Source: Bellilinea caldifistulae (lineage in GTDB: Bacteria > Chloroflexota > Anaerolineae > Anaerolineales > Anaerolineaceae). Taken from it: 32,000 bases of DNA. The notes under the pieces are model-generated. The model did no database searches and was not told the origin of the DNA. It saw nothing but the letters and a program-made list of their open reading frames with translations. The stretch spans positions 1-32,000 of the forward strand of contig NZ_LGHJ01000022.1 in the NCBI RefSeq assembly GCF_001306055.1. Direction: 5' to 3'. Each line of letters opens with the position of its first letter. Within the stretch, counting starts at the first letter, position 1. Made by a program: the position numbers and the translations under genes. Shown in pieces: positions 25,209 through 32,000 of the stretch.

Positions 25209-25264
25209 GGATCAACCTCACAGAGAAGGGAATTTTGGGTAATGAAGATAGACATTGTAAAATC

Positions 25265-25292
25265 ATTATACCTTACCGGCTGTTGATGTCAC
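25265..25292 (-). promoter_or_regulatory. candidate lhgO promoter
   Basis: Minus strand: GTGACA (25292-25287), 16 nt, TATAAT (25270-25265). RBS GTGAGGT lies before ATG 25208. Confidence 0.45.
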
Positions 25293-25305
25293 TCGCACAA
25301 CGGTA

Positions 25306-25332
25306 GTGATTTTCAGGTGATAACCGAGTGAT
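25306..25332. repeat. three GTGAT motifs phased at 11-bp intervals upstream of the lhgO promoter
   Basis: GTGAT at 25306-25310, 25317-25321 and 25328-25332, within the units AGTGATTTTCA / GGTGATAACCG / AGTGATTTCTT. Confidence 0.6.
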
Positions 25333-25335
25333 TTC

Positions 25336-26001
25336 TTAATTCAACCAGGCTGAAAGGTTAGCCTGATTGGGGGTGGATTTCATCAGGTGTTTGATCACCG
25401 AAATTTCCCGCCGGTAAAGGCGGGTAAGTTTATAGAGCAGATGAGCGGTTGTCTCAGATTCGAGCAAATCCTGTTTTTCATGCAGGGGAATTTGAAGCAG
25501 TGAGGCAGCCATATACAATTTGACCAGCGGATCTTCAGGCAGCTCGAGATGACTAATTTCTACATGCAATTCTTCATCGGATAGTGAGTTAAGTGTCTTT
25601 AAGTAGCGGAAGATCCACGGCTGAAAAGCCCGAACTCCCCGGGCAACCGCAAGTGTATGGGGTTCTTCCATTGGGAAAATTTCCACCATACCGGTGAGGT
25701 AGGGAAGATCGTAATTCAGGGAATGGATTTTGAAACGCTCTTCGCCAATGGAGAGGATGTTCATGCGCCCATCTTCCAGCCTTTCGGCTTGTATGATATT
25801 GGCTGTGCAGCCAACAGTGTACGGTTTAGCCAGAGGGCCTAAAGCCTCCAATCCCTGTCTGATCAGAACCACCCCAAATGGTTGTTTTTCGGAGATGCAA
25901 CGTTGAATCATCAGGCGATACCTTGCTTCAAAGATATGAAGCGGCAGCGGCATGCCCGGGAATAAGACCGTGTGTAGAGGAAATAAGCAAAGTTCGCGCA
26001 T
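25336..26001 (-). CDS. LON protease N-terminal (substrate-binding) domain protein
   Basis: LFPLHTVLFPGMPLPLHIFEARYRLMI is the classic start of the LON N-domain (PF02190). 221 aa, with no AAA+ or protease domain. Confidence 0.85.
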   Translation of the reverse strand: MRELCLFPLHTVLFPGMPLPLHIFEARYRLMIQRCISEKQPFGVVLIRQGLEALGPLAKPYTVGCTANIIQAERLEDGRMNILSIGEERFKIHSLNYDLPYLTGMVEIFPMEEPHTLAVARGVRAFQPWIFRYLKTLNSLSDEELHVEISHLELPEDPLVKLYMAASLLQIPLHEKQDLLESETTAHLLYKLTRLYRREISVIKHLMKSTPNQANLSAWLN

Positions 26002-26058
26002 AAGGATTGATTAATTTCTCCTCTAACTTTAAAGCCAATTAAGAATCGTTGCCAGTCC

Positions 26059-26087
26059 TTGTATGAGGTTTCTTCTGCCGTTATAAT
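26059..26087 (+). promoter_or_regulatory. candidate promoter giving a leaderless ybeD-like mRNA
   Basis: TTGTAT (26059-26064), 17 nt, TATAAT (26082-26087), with only 6 nt to ATG 26094. No SD is present. Confidence 0.3.
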
Positions 26088-26093
26088 CACGAC

Positions 26094-26360
26094 ATGGAAT
26101 ACGAACGCCCCCACATGGATTTTCCAACCATTTTTCGCTTAAGAGTGATTGGTGCCAATCAAGATGATTTTGCCACATTCGTCATGGTAGAGGTGCGCAA
26201 ACATGTCCCTGATTTGACGGAGGATGGCATTGAAGCGAGACCCAGCAACGGCGGTAAGTATCTGGCCGTCAAGGTGTCCTTTGTGGCTGAATCGCGCGAG
26301 CAACTGGATGCCATTTATGCTCACTTGAGCGCTCAGGATCGGGTAATTTATTTGCTGTAA
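26094..26360 (+). CDS. DUF493 / YbeD-like (UPF0250) small protein
   Basis: The 88-aa protein aligns by eye with E. coli YbeD: FPTIFRLRVIG matches FPTPFTYKVMG, RPSNGGKYLAV matches KPSSKGNYHSV, and the tail is EQLDAIYAHL. Confidence 0.8.
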   Translation: MEYERPHMDFPTIFRLRVIGANQDDFATFVMVEVRKHVPDLTEDGIEARPSNGGKYLAVKVSFVAESREQLDAIYAHLSAQDRVIYLL

Positions 26361-26396
26361 CAAGCAATGAATTCGTGAAATTTTCTTACTTCAAGA

Positions 26397-27029
26397 CTAA
26401 CGGGCCTGCATCCATCGGCCGCTGATCATCTTTTCGATTGCGAATATCCCACGATTGAAAAAAAGCGCCAGCAAGCCAACAAAAATTGCGCCGACCCAGA
26501 TTTTATCCATTCTGCCGGCCTGAGCAATTCCCTCGAACAATAAAACACCAAGACCGCCCGCGCCAAATTTTGCACCAATTGTGGCAATGGCAACGGAAAT
26601 GACGCTTGCCAGCCGCACACCGGCTAAAATGACCGGCAGAGCAATTGGAATTTGAATTTTGACCGCTATTTGAAGGCGATTCATGCCCATGCCACGGGCA
26701 GCCTCTATGATGGCGGGGTCAATGGTTTTAAAACCGGCAAGGATATTTCTCAAAAGAATAATCTGGCTGTAAATCACCAGTGCAGCCATTACGGAGCGAG
26801 CATTCAACCCCAAAAACGGGATCAAAAAAATCATCATGGCGATGCTGGGAATGGTATAGAGGATGTTGTTGAGTGGAATAACAATACTTGCCAGGCGCTG
26901 ATAGCGATTAATCAACCATCCCAAAGGCAGAGCAATCAGAAAAGCAATTCCTACCGGTAGAATTGCCAGCTGAAAGTGACGGAATGTCAGTTGCAGGATG
27001 TATTCAAAATTGTTTAGCAGGTAGTTCAT
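26397..27029 (-). CDS. osmoprotectant (glycine betaine/choline/carnitine-type) ABC transporter permease
   Basis: 210 aa. The EAA-loop-like IIEAARGMGMNRLQ is typical of OpuCB/OpuCD/OsmW-type permeases. Confidence 0.9.
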   Translation of the reverse strand: MNYLLNNFEYILQLTFRHFQLAILPVGIAFLIALPLGWLINRYQRLASIVIPLNNILYTIPSIAMMIFLIPFLGLNARSVMAALVIYSQIILLRNILAGFKTIDPAIIEAARGMGMNRLQIAVKIQIPIALPVILAGVRLASVISVAIATIGAKFGAGGLGVLLFEGIAQAGRMDKIWVGAIFVGLLALFFNRGIFAIEKMISGRWMQAR

Positions 27030-27032
27030 ATC

Positions 27033-27989
27033 CTATGCGGAAAGGCAACCGACTTTTCTTAATTCTTCAAAAGTGATGTAGCCAATTGGATTCCCTTCCT
27101 GGCATACCAATACTGTATCTGAGGCGGGTGAAAGCATCAAAGAGAGAACTCGTTTCAGGTCCGTGCCGAGCGGTACCCGGGGTAGCCGGTTGGAATGTAT
27201 GGTCGAATCCAGGGGTTTCATGACGGTTTCAACCCGCACCAGCGACAACTGACGGATGCGGTCATCGGTATTAAGTAATTGCCGGACGAAATCACCGGCG
27301 GGGTTAGCCAGCAGGTTACAGGGTGTATCTTTCTGTACCAGGCGGCCTTTGTCCAGCACGATGATTTCATCGGCCAATTTCAATGCTTCTTCAACATCGT
27401 GAGTTACAAATAAAATCGTTTTTTTCAACCGGCGTTGCAGCTCAAGCAGTTGATCTTGTAAACTTTCGCGTGTGATGGCGTCAATAGCGCCAAAAGGCTC
27501 ATCCATCAGCATTACTTCGGGGTCAGCGGCAAGAGCGCGTGCCAACCCTACCCTTTGCTGCTGTCCACCGGAAAGTTGTGCCGGATAACGGTTGCGGAAA
27601 TCCAATGGAAGATGAACCAGGTCGAGCAGTTCGTTAACCCGCTGATTAATGCGCTGCCTGTCCCAGCCCAACAGGTCCGGTACAACAGCGATATTTTTGG
27701 CAATGCTTAAATGGGGAAAAAGGCCGACCTGTTGAATCACATAGCCAATATTACGGCGCAACTGGTTAACCGGTATGGATTGTATATCCACTCCATCCAG
27801 CAGAATTTTTCCGCTGGTGGGTTCGTGTAGCCGGTTGACCATCTTCAGCAAGGTGGTTTTTCCGCAGCCGGAAGGACCCAACAAAACTACGATGGATCCT
27901 TCCGGGATTTCCAGTGTGATATTGTCAACGGCAGGTGCTGTTGTGCCGGGGTATTGTTTGCTGACATTGACAAATTGAATGGCTGCCAT
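27033..27989 (-). CDS. osmoprotectant ABC transporter ATP-binding protein (OpuCA/OsmV-like) with short CBS-like tail
   Basis: Walker A GPSGCGKTT, signature LSGGQQQRVGLARAL, Walker B LMDEPF. The ~70-aa C-terminal region resembles a single CBS motif rather than the usual tandem pair. Confidence 0.95.
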   Translation of the reverse strand: MAAIQFVNVSKQYPGTTAPAVDNITLEIPEGSIVVLLGPSGCGKTTLLKMVNRLHEPTSGKILLDGVDIQSIPVNQLRRNIGYVIQQVGLFPHLSIAKNIAVVPDLLGWDRQRINQRVNELLDLVHLPLDFRNRYPAQLSGGQQQRVGLARALAADPEVMLMDEPFGAIDAITRESLQDQLLELQRRLKKTILFVTHDVEEALKLADEIIVLDKGRLVQKDTPCNLLANPAGDFVRQLLNTDDRIRQLSLVRVETVMKPLDSTIHSNRLPRVPLGTDLKRVLSLMLSPASDTVLVCQEGNPIGYITFEELRKVGCLSA

Positions 27990-27995
27990 TTTTGT

Positions 27996-28904
27996 TTATT
28001 TAATCAATCCTTGCTGTTGTAAAAATTCTTTGGCAACATCTGCCGGCTCGCGCTGTTTACCAGAAACCTCAAAGTTTAATTGCTGCATCACTTCATCCGT
28101 CAACAAGGGCGCCAAGCCATTTAAAATTTCGGCAATTTTGGGATTGGAGTCCAACACCTCTTTGCGTATGACCGGCGCAACCTGATAAGGGGGCCAAAGG
28201 CCCTTATCGTCTTTCAGGATGACCAGATCGAAGGCAGCAATTTCACCGTCGGTTCCGAAGGCAACCGTCACATCCGCCTGTCCTTCATTGATTGCCTGAT
28301 AGCGAAGTCCGGGATCAACTGATTTGTATTCTTTGAAATTAAAATCACCATACACTTTACGCATGCCAGGCAAACCGTCCTCGCGTTCTTGAAATTCGGG
28401 CGGTCCAACCATGACAAGGTTTGAAGCCTGGGCAACCAGATCGGATACGGTTTCAATTCCCAAATCTTGGGCACGGGTGCGTTTCATGGCGACGGCCTGC
28501 GTGTTGTTCATTGGGGCGGGATCCAACCACACCAGATTGAAGCGGCTGGCATATTCGTTTTTGACAGTGTTATACACTGCGACAGGGTCGGTGTTGACGG
28601 GCAGTTTTAGAACGGTCAGTAATCCTGTGCCGGTGTACTCTGGATATAAATCAATCTCGTTGGATTCGAGAGCTTTTTGAGCGATGGGGGTGCCGCCGAG
28701 GTTCAACTTCCGTTCGACCTTAAAGCCGTTGTATTCCAGAAGTTGGGCGTACATTTCACCCAGAATAAATTGTTCGGTGAAATCTTTCGATGCAACGCGG
28801 ATTATGGTTTGTGAGGGGGTGTTTGCGCCTGGCGAGCAGGATACCAGTACTGCCAGTATCAGGAAAGCACCTAACAGGGTTTTTAAGAAGTTCGGTTGTT
28901 TCAT
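27996..28904 (-). CDS. osmoprotectant-binding lipoprotein (OpuCC/OsmX-like)
   Basis: Signal peptide plus LVSC lipobox. FTEQFILGEMYAQLLE, IDLYPEYTGT and LKDDKGLWPPYQVAPVIR are typical of the OpuBC/OpuCC family. Confidence 0.9.
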   Translation of the reverse strand: MKQPNFLKTLLGAFLILAVLVSCSPGANTPSQTIIRVASKDFTEQFILGEMYAQLLEYNGFKVERKLNLGGTPIAQKALESNEIDLYPEYTGTGLLTVLKLPVNTDPVAVYNTVKNEYASRFNLVWLDPAPMNNTQAVAMKRTRAQDLGIETVSDLVAQASNLVMVGPPEFQEREDGLPGMRKVYGDFNFKEYKSVDPGLRYQAINEGQADVTVAFGTDGEIAAFDLVILKDDKGLWPPYQVAPVIRKEVLDSNPKIAEILNGLAPLLTDEVMQQLNFEVSGKQREPADVAKEFLQQQGLIK

Positions 28905-28928
28905 GTGACACCTCGTTTTATTTTCCTT

Positions 28929-29585
28929 TCAGGTTTTTATGGGTTGGAGCGTTTTTTGAAGCAGGGCAAGCAACCCTTCGACTGCTAATGTGATCAGAGC
29001 TACCGGGATAGCCCCTACGAAAAGTATGCTGTAATCATACAGTGCAAATCCGCGGGTGATGTAGATCCCTAATCCACCGCTACCTACGAAGGCTGCCAGA
29101 GTTGCGCTGGCAATCACATCTACTGCCGAAATGCGAACGCCGGTCAGAATCACAGGAATTGCAAGGGGAAATTCAACCTTAATCAATCTCTGGAAAGCCG
29201 ACATTCCCATGCCGCGGGCTGCTTCGATAATGGCTGGTTCAAGGGTGCGGAAGGCGGCATCGGTGTTGATCAGTACCGGCGGCATTGCCAGAATCGTCAA
29301 AGCGACAATGGCCGAGGTAGAGGTCAATCCCAGATAGGGGATGATCAGAAACAACACCGCCAGACTGGGGATTACCCGTAAACCATTTACCAGATTCATC
29401 AGGGTAAGAGAGGCAAAACGCGATTTAGAGGTCCAGATTCCTAAGGGAACGCAAACTAAGATGGCAAGCCCAATGGCAATCCCAGCCAAAATGAGGTGAT
29501 CTACTACTGCACCCCAAAATTCGGTTTGGCGGTTGAGAAAGTAGAGATAACTTTGCCACAGAGTGTGGATGAGCGTATCTACCAA
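28929..29585 (-). CDS. osmoprotectant ABC transporter permease (second subunit)
   Basis: 218 aa with IIEAARGMGMSAFQ. TTG start overlaps the DUF427 stop (TTGGTAG). Confidence 0.9.
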   Translation of the reverse strand: MVDTLIHTLWQSYLYFLNRQTEFWGAVVDHLILAGIAIGLAILVCVPLGIWTSKSRFASLTLMNLVNGLRVIPSLAVLFLIIPYLGLTSTSAIVALTILAMPPVLINTDAAFRTLEPAIIEAARGMGMSAFQRLIKVEFPLAIPVILTGVRISAVDVIASATLAAFVGSGGLGIYITRGFALYDYSILFVGAIPVALITLAVEGLLALLQKTLQPIKT

Positions 29586-30070
29586 AGTTCGCTGCCTGCC
29601 TCACCTTTGAAAGGGCCAATCAGGTTCGAAGTAATCCAACCGCCATAAAAATTTCCGGGCTGCGGTTTTACCAGTTCTCCTTCAACAAAACATTGATCCA
29701 TCCATTGCGGATAAAAAGCAATATGGCGGGCTATGGAGGAATAAGGCGGGGTTGGATTGGGATAGTACCAGGCTGCGTTGCTGGCAATTTTTCCGGGGGT
29801 TTTGATGCTGTAATATGCTGCCTGTCCTTTCCATTCGCAAAAAGAGCGACGTGTTGAGGGAATCAGGCACTCCATTAATACGTCTTCTGGAGGGAAGTAA
29901 TAAACCGGCGGATGACTTGTTTCCAGAACTCGGAACGCTCGTCTGGTTTCTGCCAGTTTGATCCCGTCAAAGTAGATTAGCAAATGAAGGTCGGTTGGTT
30001 CTACTAATGGCGGACGGGGATAGTCCCATACCGATTCGGGTTTGAGATGAAATTGATTATTTTGGTTCAT
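29579..30070 (-). CDS. DUF427 domain protein
   Basis: WDYPRPP, ETSHPPVYYFPPEDV and CEWKGQAAYY are DUF427 hallmarks. Start set at ATG 30070. The upstream ATG 30103 would add MKFRKKKKKKK encoded by the homopolymer and probably lies at or before the transcription start. Confidence 0.8.
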   Translation of the reverse strand: MNQNNQFHLKPESVWDYPRPPLVEPTDLHLLIYFDGIKLAETRRAFRVLETSHPPVYYFPPEDVLMECLIPSTRRSFCEWKGQAAYYSIKTPGKIASNAAWYYPNPTPPYSSIARHIAFYPQWMDQCFVEGELVKPQPGNFYGGWITSNLIGPFKGEAGSELW

Positions 30071-30092
30071 TTTTTTTTTTTTTTTTTTTTTT
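30070..30092 (-). repeat. homopolymeric tract: 23 consecutive T on the plus strand (A23 on the coding strand) abutting the DUF427 start codon
   Basis: Counted directly: t at 30070, twenty t at 30071-30090, t at 30091-30092. The first A of the tract on the minus strand end is the A of ATG 30070. Confidence 0.95.
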
Positions 30093-30107
30093 CTAAATTT
30101 CATTTCA

Positions 30108-30135
30108 ATTTTAAGTCCGATTAAGTTCCTGTCAA
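30108..30135 (-). promoter_or_regulatory. near-consensus promoter of the DUF427-opu operon
   Basis: Minus strand: TTGACA (30135-30130), 16 nt, TAAAAT (30113-30108). The predicted start is around 30100-30102, so the leader is essentially GAAAUUUAG plus the poly(A) tract. Confidence 0.5.
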
Positions 30136-30176
30136 ACTATTGTATAAGAAAATTATAACTTGCCTGATCTTACTTA

Positions 30177-30204
30177 TTGATAAATTTTACAAATATAGTA
30201 ATAT
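30177..30204 (+). promoter_or_regulatory. candidate promoter of the channel gene
   Basis: TTGATA (30177-30182), 16 nt, TAATAT (30199-30204), in a very AT-rich divergent region. Confidence 0.3.
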
Positions 30205-30236
30205 AAATGAAAATCATTATAATTTGGAGATTCTTA

Positions 30237-32000
30237 ATGAAAAACAGTTGGGGTAAAAAATTTCAGTATTATTTTGATTATTTATTTTCTCTTGGCCCGG
30301 GGGTGCTGATCGCAGCCCTAGCCTTGTTCACAGTCGTACTATCGCTGATCGCTACGCTGATTCTGGTGGTAAGCCGATTATCGCCAGGGGGTGAGCCGCC
30401 ATTCGATTTCATTGAAGGACTGTGGTTCACTTTTCTCGCCAATTTAGGTGAGGGTTCAGTGGCGGGGAGAGAATCAGTTTGGACATTCCGGTTTATAACA
30501 TTAGGATTAACTCTGGCAAGTATTTTCATTGTATCAAACTTAATTGGCATCATCTCCAATGCCATAAGCCAGAAAATTGAAAATTTACGGCGAGGAAAAT
30601 CTGCCGTGATTGAAAGTGATCATACCGTGGTTCTGGGTTGGTCTGAACAGGTTTTTACGATAATTCCACAATTATTTATTGCTCAGGAGGGGAAGAAAAA
30701 CCGGAAAATTGTCCTGTTGGGTAATCAGGATAAAGTTGAAATGGAAGATCAACTTCGCAATCGAATTGGATCGGAGGCTATTGAAAAGGTAGTTTGCCGG
30801 AGCGGTAGTCCAATCGAAATGAGTGATCTCGAATTGACCAATCTTAACGAGGCGAGTGGTATTCTGATCCTTACACCAGAGGGCGAAAACCCCGACGCAG
30901 AAGTAATCAAGTCGGTACTTGCAATTACCAAAGGTCACGATCGAAAAGGCCGACCGTATAAAATTATTGCTTCTCTGAAAGAAAAACAGAACCGGGCATT
31001 GGGTAAGATTGTTGGAGGGGAAGAAGTTGAGTGGATATTTTCCGGTCAGGTAATCGCCCGGCTGCTGGCGCAGAGTTGCAATCAACCTGGTCTGTCGGTG
31101 GTTTACTCGGAATTGCTGGATTTTACTGGCGATGAGATTTATTTTGTCGAAGATGCCATTTTGATTGGAAGGACATACCGGGAGGCATTAAGCACCTATC
31201 AAAAAGGGGTGGTAATAGGTTTACAAAAAGGCGAGAATGTCACTCTGAACCCCGCAATGGAATCAATTATCCGCCCTGCAGATCAATTGATTGTCATTGC
31301 CTCGGATGAGCATGGTTTGATCCGGGGTGAACGTGCCGCAACGCGCGATGAGTGGATAATCTCGAATCACACCCCTCCAAAAAACAGCGAAAATGTGATC
31401 ATTTTAGGGTGGAGCGAAAGAGGAAATGAATTATTACGCGAGTTAAATAATTATTTTCAACCAAAATCGAAGGTCTGTATCGTTACCGATAAATTCGATT
31501 TACGTCCGGAACTTGAAGAAATTTCTTCCGAATTGAAAAATCTGAAAATCAGTTTTGAAAGAAAATCAATTCTTGACCGGAATGAACTGGAGATGCTGAA
31601 ACTGCATAAATACAATCATATCATTTTACTGAGTAACGATGATCAAACTTTGAGCATTCAGCAGATTGATTCCAACACCTTGTTTACGTTGCTACATGTG
31701 CGTCACATCATCGAAGCCACACAGGCCAAACCCTCCATTGCGACCGAAATTTTAGACAGCCGAAACAGCCGACTTGCCGAGGTGGCAAAAGCGGATGATT
31801 TTATCGTGAGCGATCGGTTAATTAGCTTGATGATGGCTCAAATTGTAGCAGATCGGCGCAGAAATGCCGTTTATGAAGACCTGTTCAATCCTCAGGGCTC
31901 GGAAATCTATCTGAAACCGGCATGTCAATATGTTAAGACCGGGGTTGCTGTCAACTTTTATACAATTCTGGAAGCGGCTTCACGAAAGGGAGAAACCGCA
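30237..32000 (+). CDS. CASTOR/POLLUX (DMI1)-like ion channel with 2-TM pore module and two RCK/TrkA-like domains; partial, continues past the window end
   Basis: Not in the ORF track because it has no stop. Hand translation from ATG 30237 (GGAGA at 30226-30230) stays open for all 588 codons to position 32000: MKNSWGKKFQYYFDYLFSLGPGVLIAALALFTVVL...FIEGLWFTFLANLGEGS...HTVVLGWSEQVFTII...NVIILGWSERGNELLRELN...FIVSDRLISLMMAQI. The repeated (V/I)LGWSE pattern resembles the Castor_Poll_mid family. Confidence 0.8.
   Translation, partial: MKNSWGKKFQYYFDYLFSLGPGVLIAALALFTVVLSLIATLILVVSRLSPGGEPPFDFIEGLWFTFLANLGEGSVAGRESVWTFRFITLGLTLASIFIVSNLIGIISNAISQKIENLRRGKSAVIESDHTVVLGWSEQVFTIIPQLFIAQEGKKNRKIVLLGNQDKVEMEDQLRNRIGSEAIEKVVCRSGSPIEMSDLELTNLNEASGILILTPEGENPDAEVIKSVLAITKGHDRKGRPYKIIASLKEKQNRALGKIVGGEEVEWIFSGQVIARLLAQSCNQPGLSVVYSELLDFTGDEIYFVEDAILIGRTYREALSTYQKGVVIGLQKGENVTLNPAMESIIRPADQLIVIASDEHGLIRGERAATRDEWIISNHTPPKNSENVIILGWSERGNELLRELNNYFQPKSKVCIVTDKFDLRPELEEISSELKNLKISFERKSILDRNELEMLKLHKYNHIILLSNDDQTLSIQQIDSNTLFTLLHVRHIIEATQAKPSIATEILDSRNSRLAEVAKADDFIVSDRLISLMMAQIVADRRRNAVYEDLFNPQGSEIYLKPACQYVKTGVAVNFYTILEAASRKGETA

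Noticed and set aside
30071-30103. Upstream ATG 30103, which would give MKFRKKKKKKK-DUF427
   Set aside because: The lysine run is just the homopolymer read in frame. The predicted promoter places the transcription start at or after this ATG, and (AAA)7 is a poor coding sequence. It is kept only as a phase-variation possibility.
30278-31085. Minus-strand ORFs 30278-30565, 30672-31085 and 30749-30931 offered by the track
   Set aside because: The plus-strand frame from 30237 is open through the whole region and encodes a recognisable channel/RCK protein. These are antisense artefacts.
1-32000. Search for CRISPR arrays, tRNA/rRNA/tmRNA genes, IS elements, integrases, toxin-antitoxin pairs and defence islands
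   Set aside because: I found no spaced direct-repeat arrays, no tRNA-like TPsiC arms in the intergenic regions, and no transposase/recombinase-like ORFs. The window reads as core metabolism and transport.

Overview
This window looks like an ordinary bacterial chromosomal core region. It is densely coded, moderately GC-rich, and its gene content and Pro/Thr-rich lipoprotein linkers are reminiscent of Chloroflexota/Anaerolineae (unverified).

Genes, left to right:
- A BMP-family ABC importer (two permeases plus a lipoprotein) with no intact ATPase.
- dus, a four-cluster ferredoxin, a GH63-like glycosidase and a LAS-type zinc peptidase.
- argG-argH, acnA, and a HisKA_3/LuxR two-component pair with an internally duplicated membrane protein.
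- typA/bipA, an M1 metallopeptidase and a DUF2877 protein.
- A cyclase / unknown / acyltransferase operon, then lhgO, a LON N-domain protein and a YbeD-like protein.
- A DUF427 gene fused to an OpuC/OsmU-type osmoprotectant ABC operon.
- A CASTOR/POLLUX-like RCK ion channel. It runs off the right edge and is therefore missing from the ORF track.

I saw no rRNA, tRNA, CRISPR array, transposase, integrase or recognisable defence system.

The most interesting signals are regulatory or of unknown function:
- A promoter-leader-terminator module in front of argG, with an Arg-codon-rich uORF and an ARG-box-like palindrome.
- A 23-nt homopolymeric A/T tract forming the 5' leader of the DUF427-opu operon.
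- An uncharacterised three-gene operon with a long leader and a perfect 13-bp terminator hairpin buried in the 3' end of its second gene.
- A well-signalled 47-codon acidic ORF after argH.
- An ABC ATPase remnant.

Everything was read by eye from the sequence. Family assignments rest on remembered motifs, not on searches.
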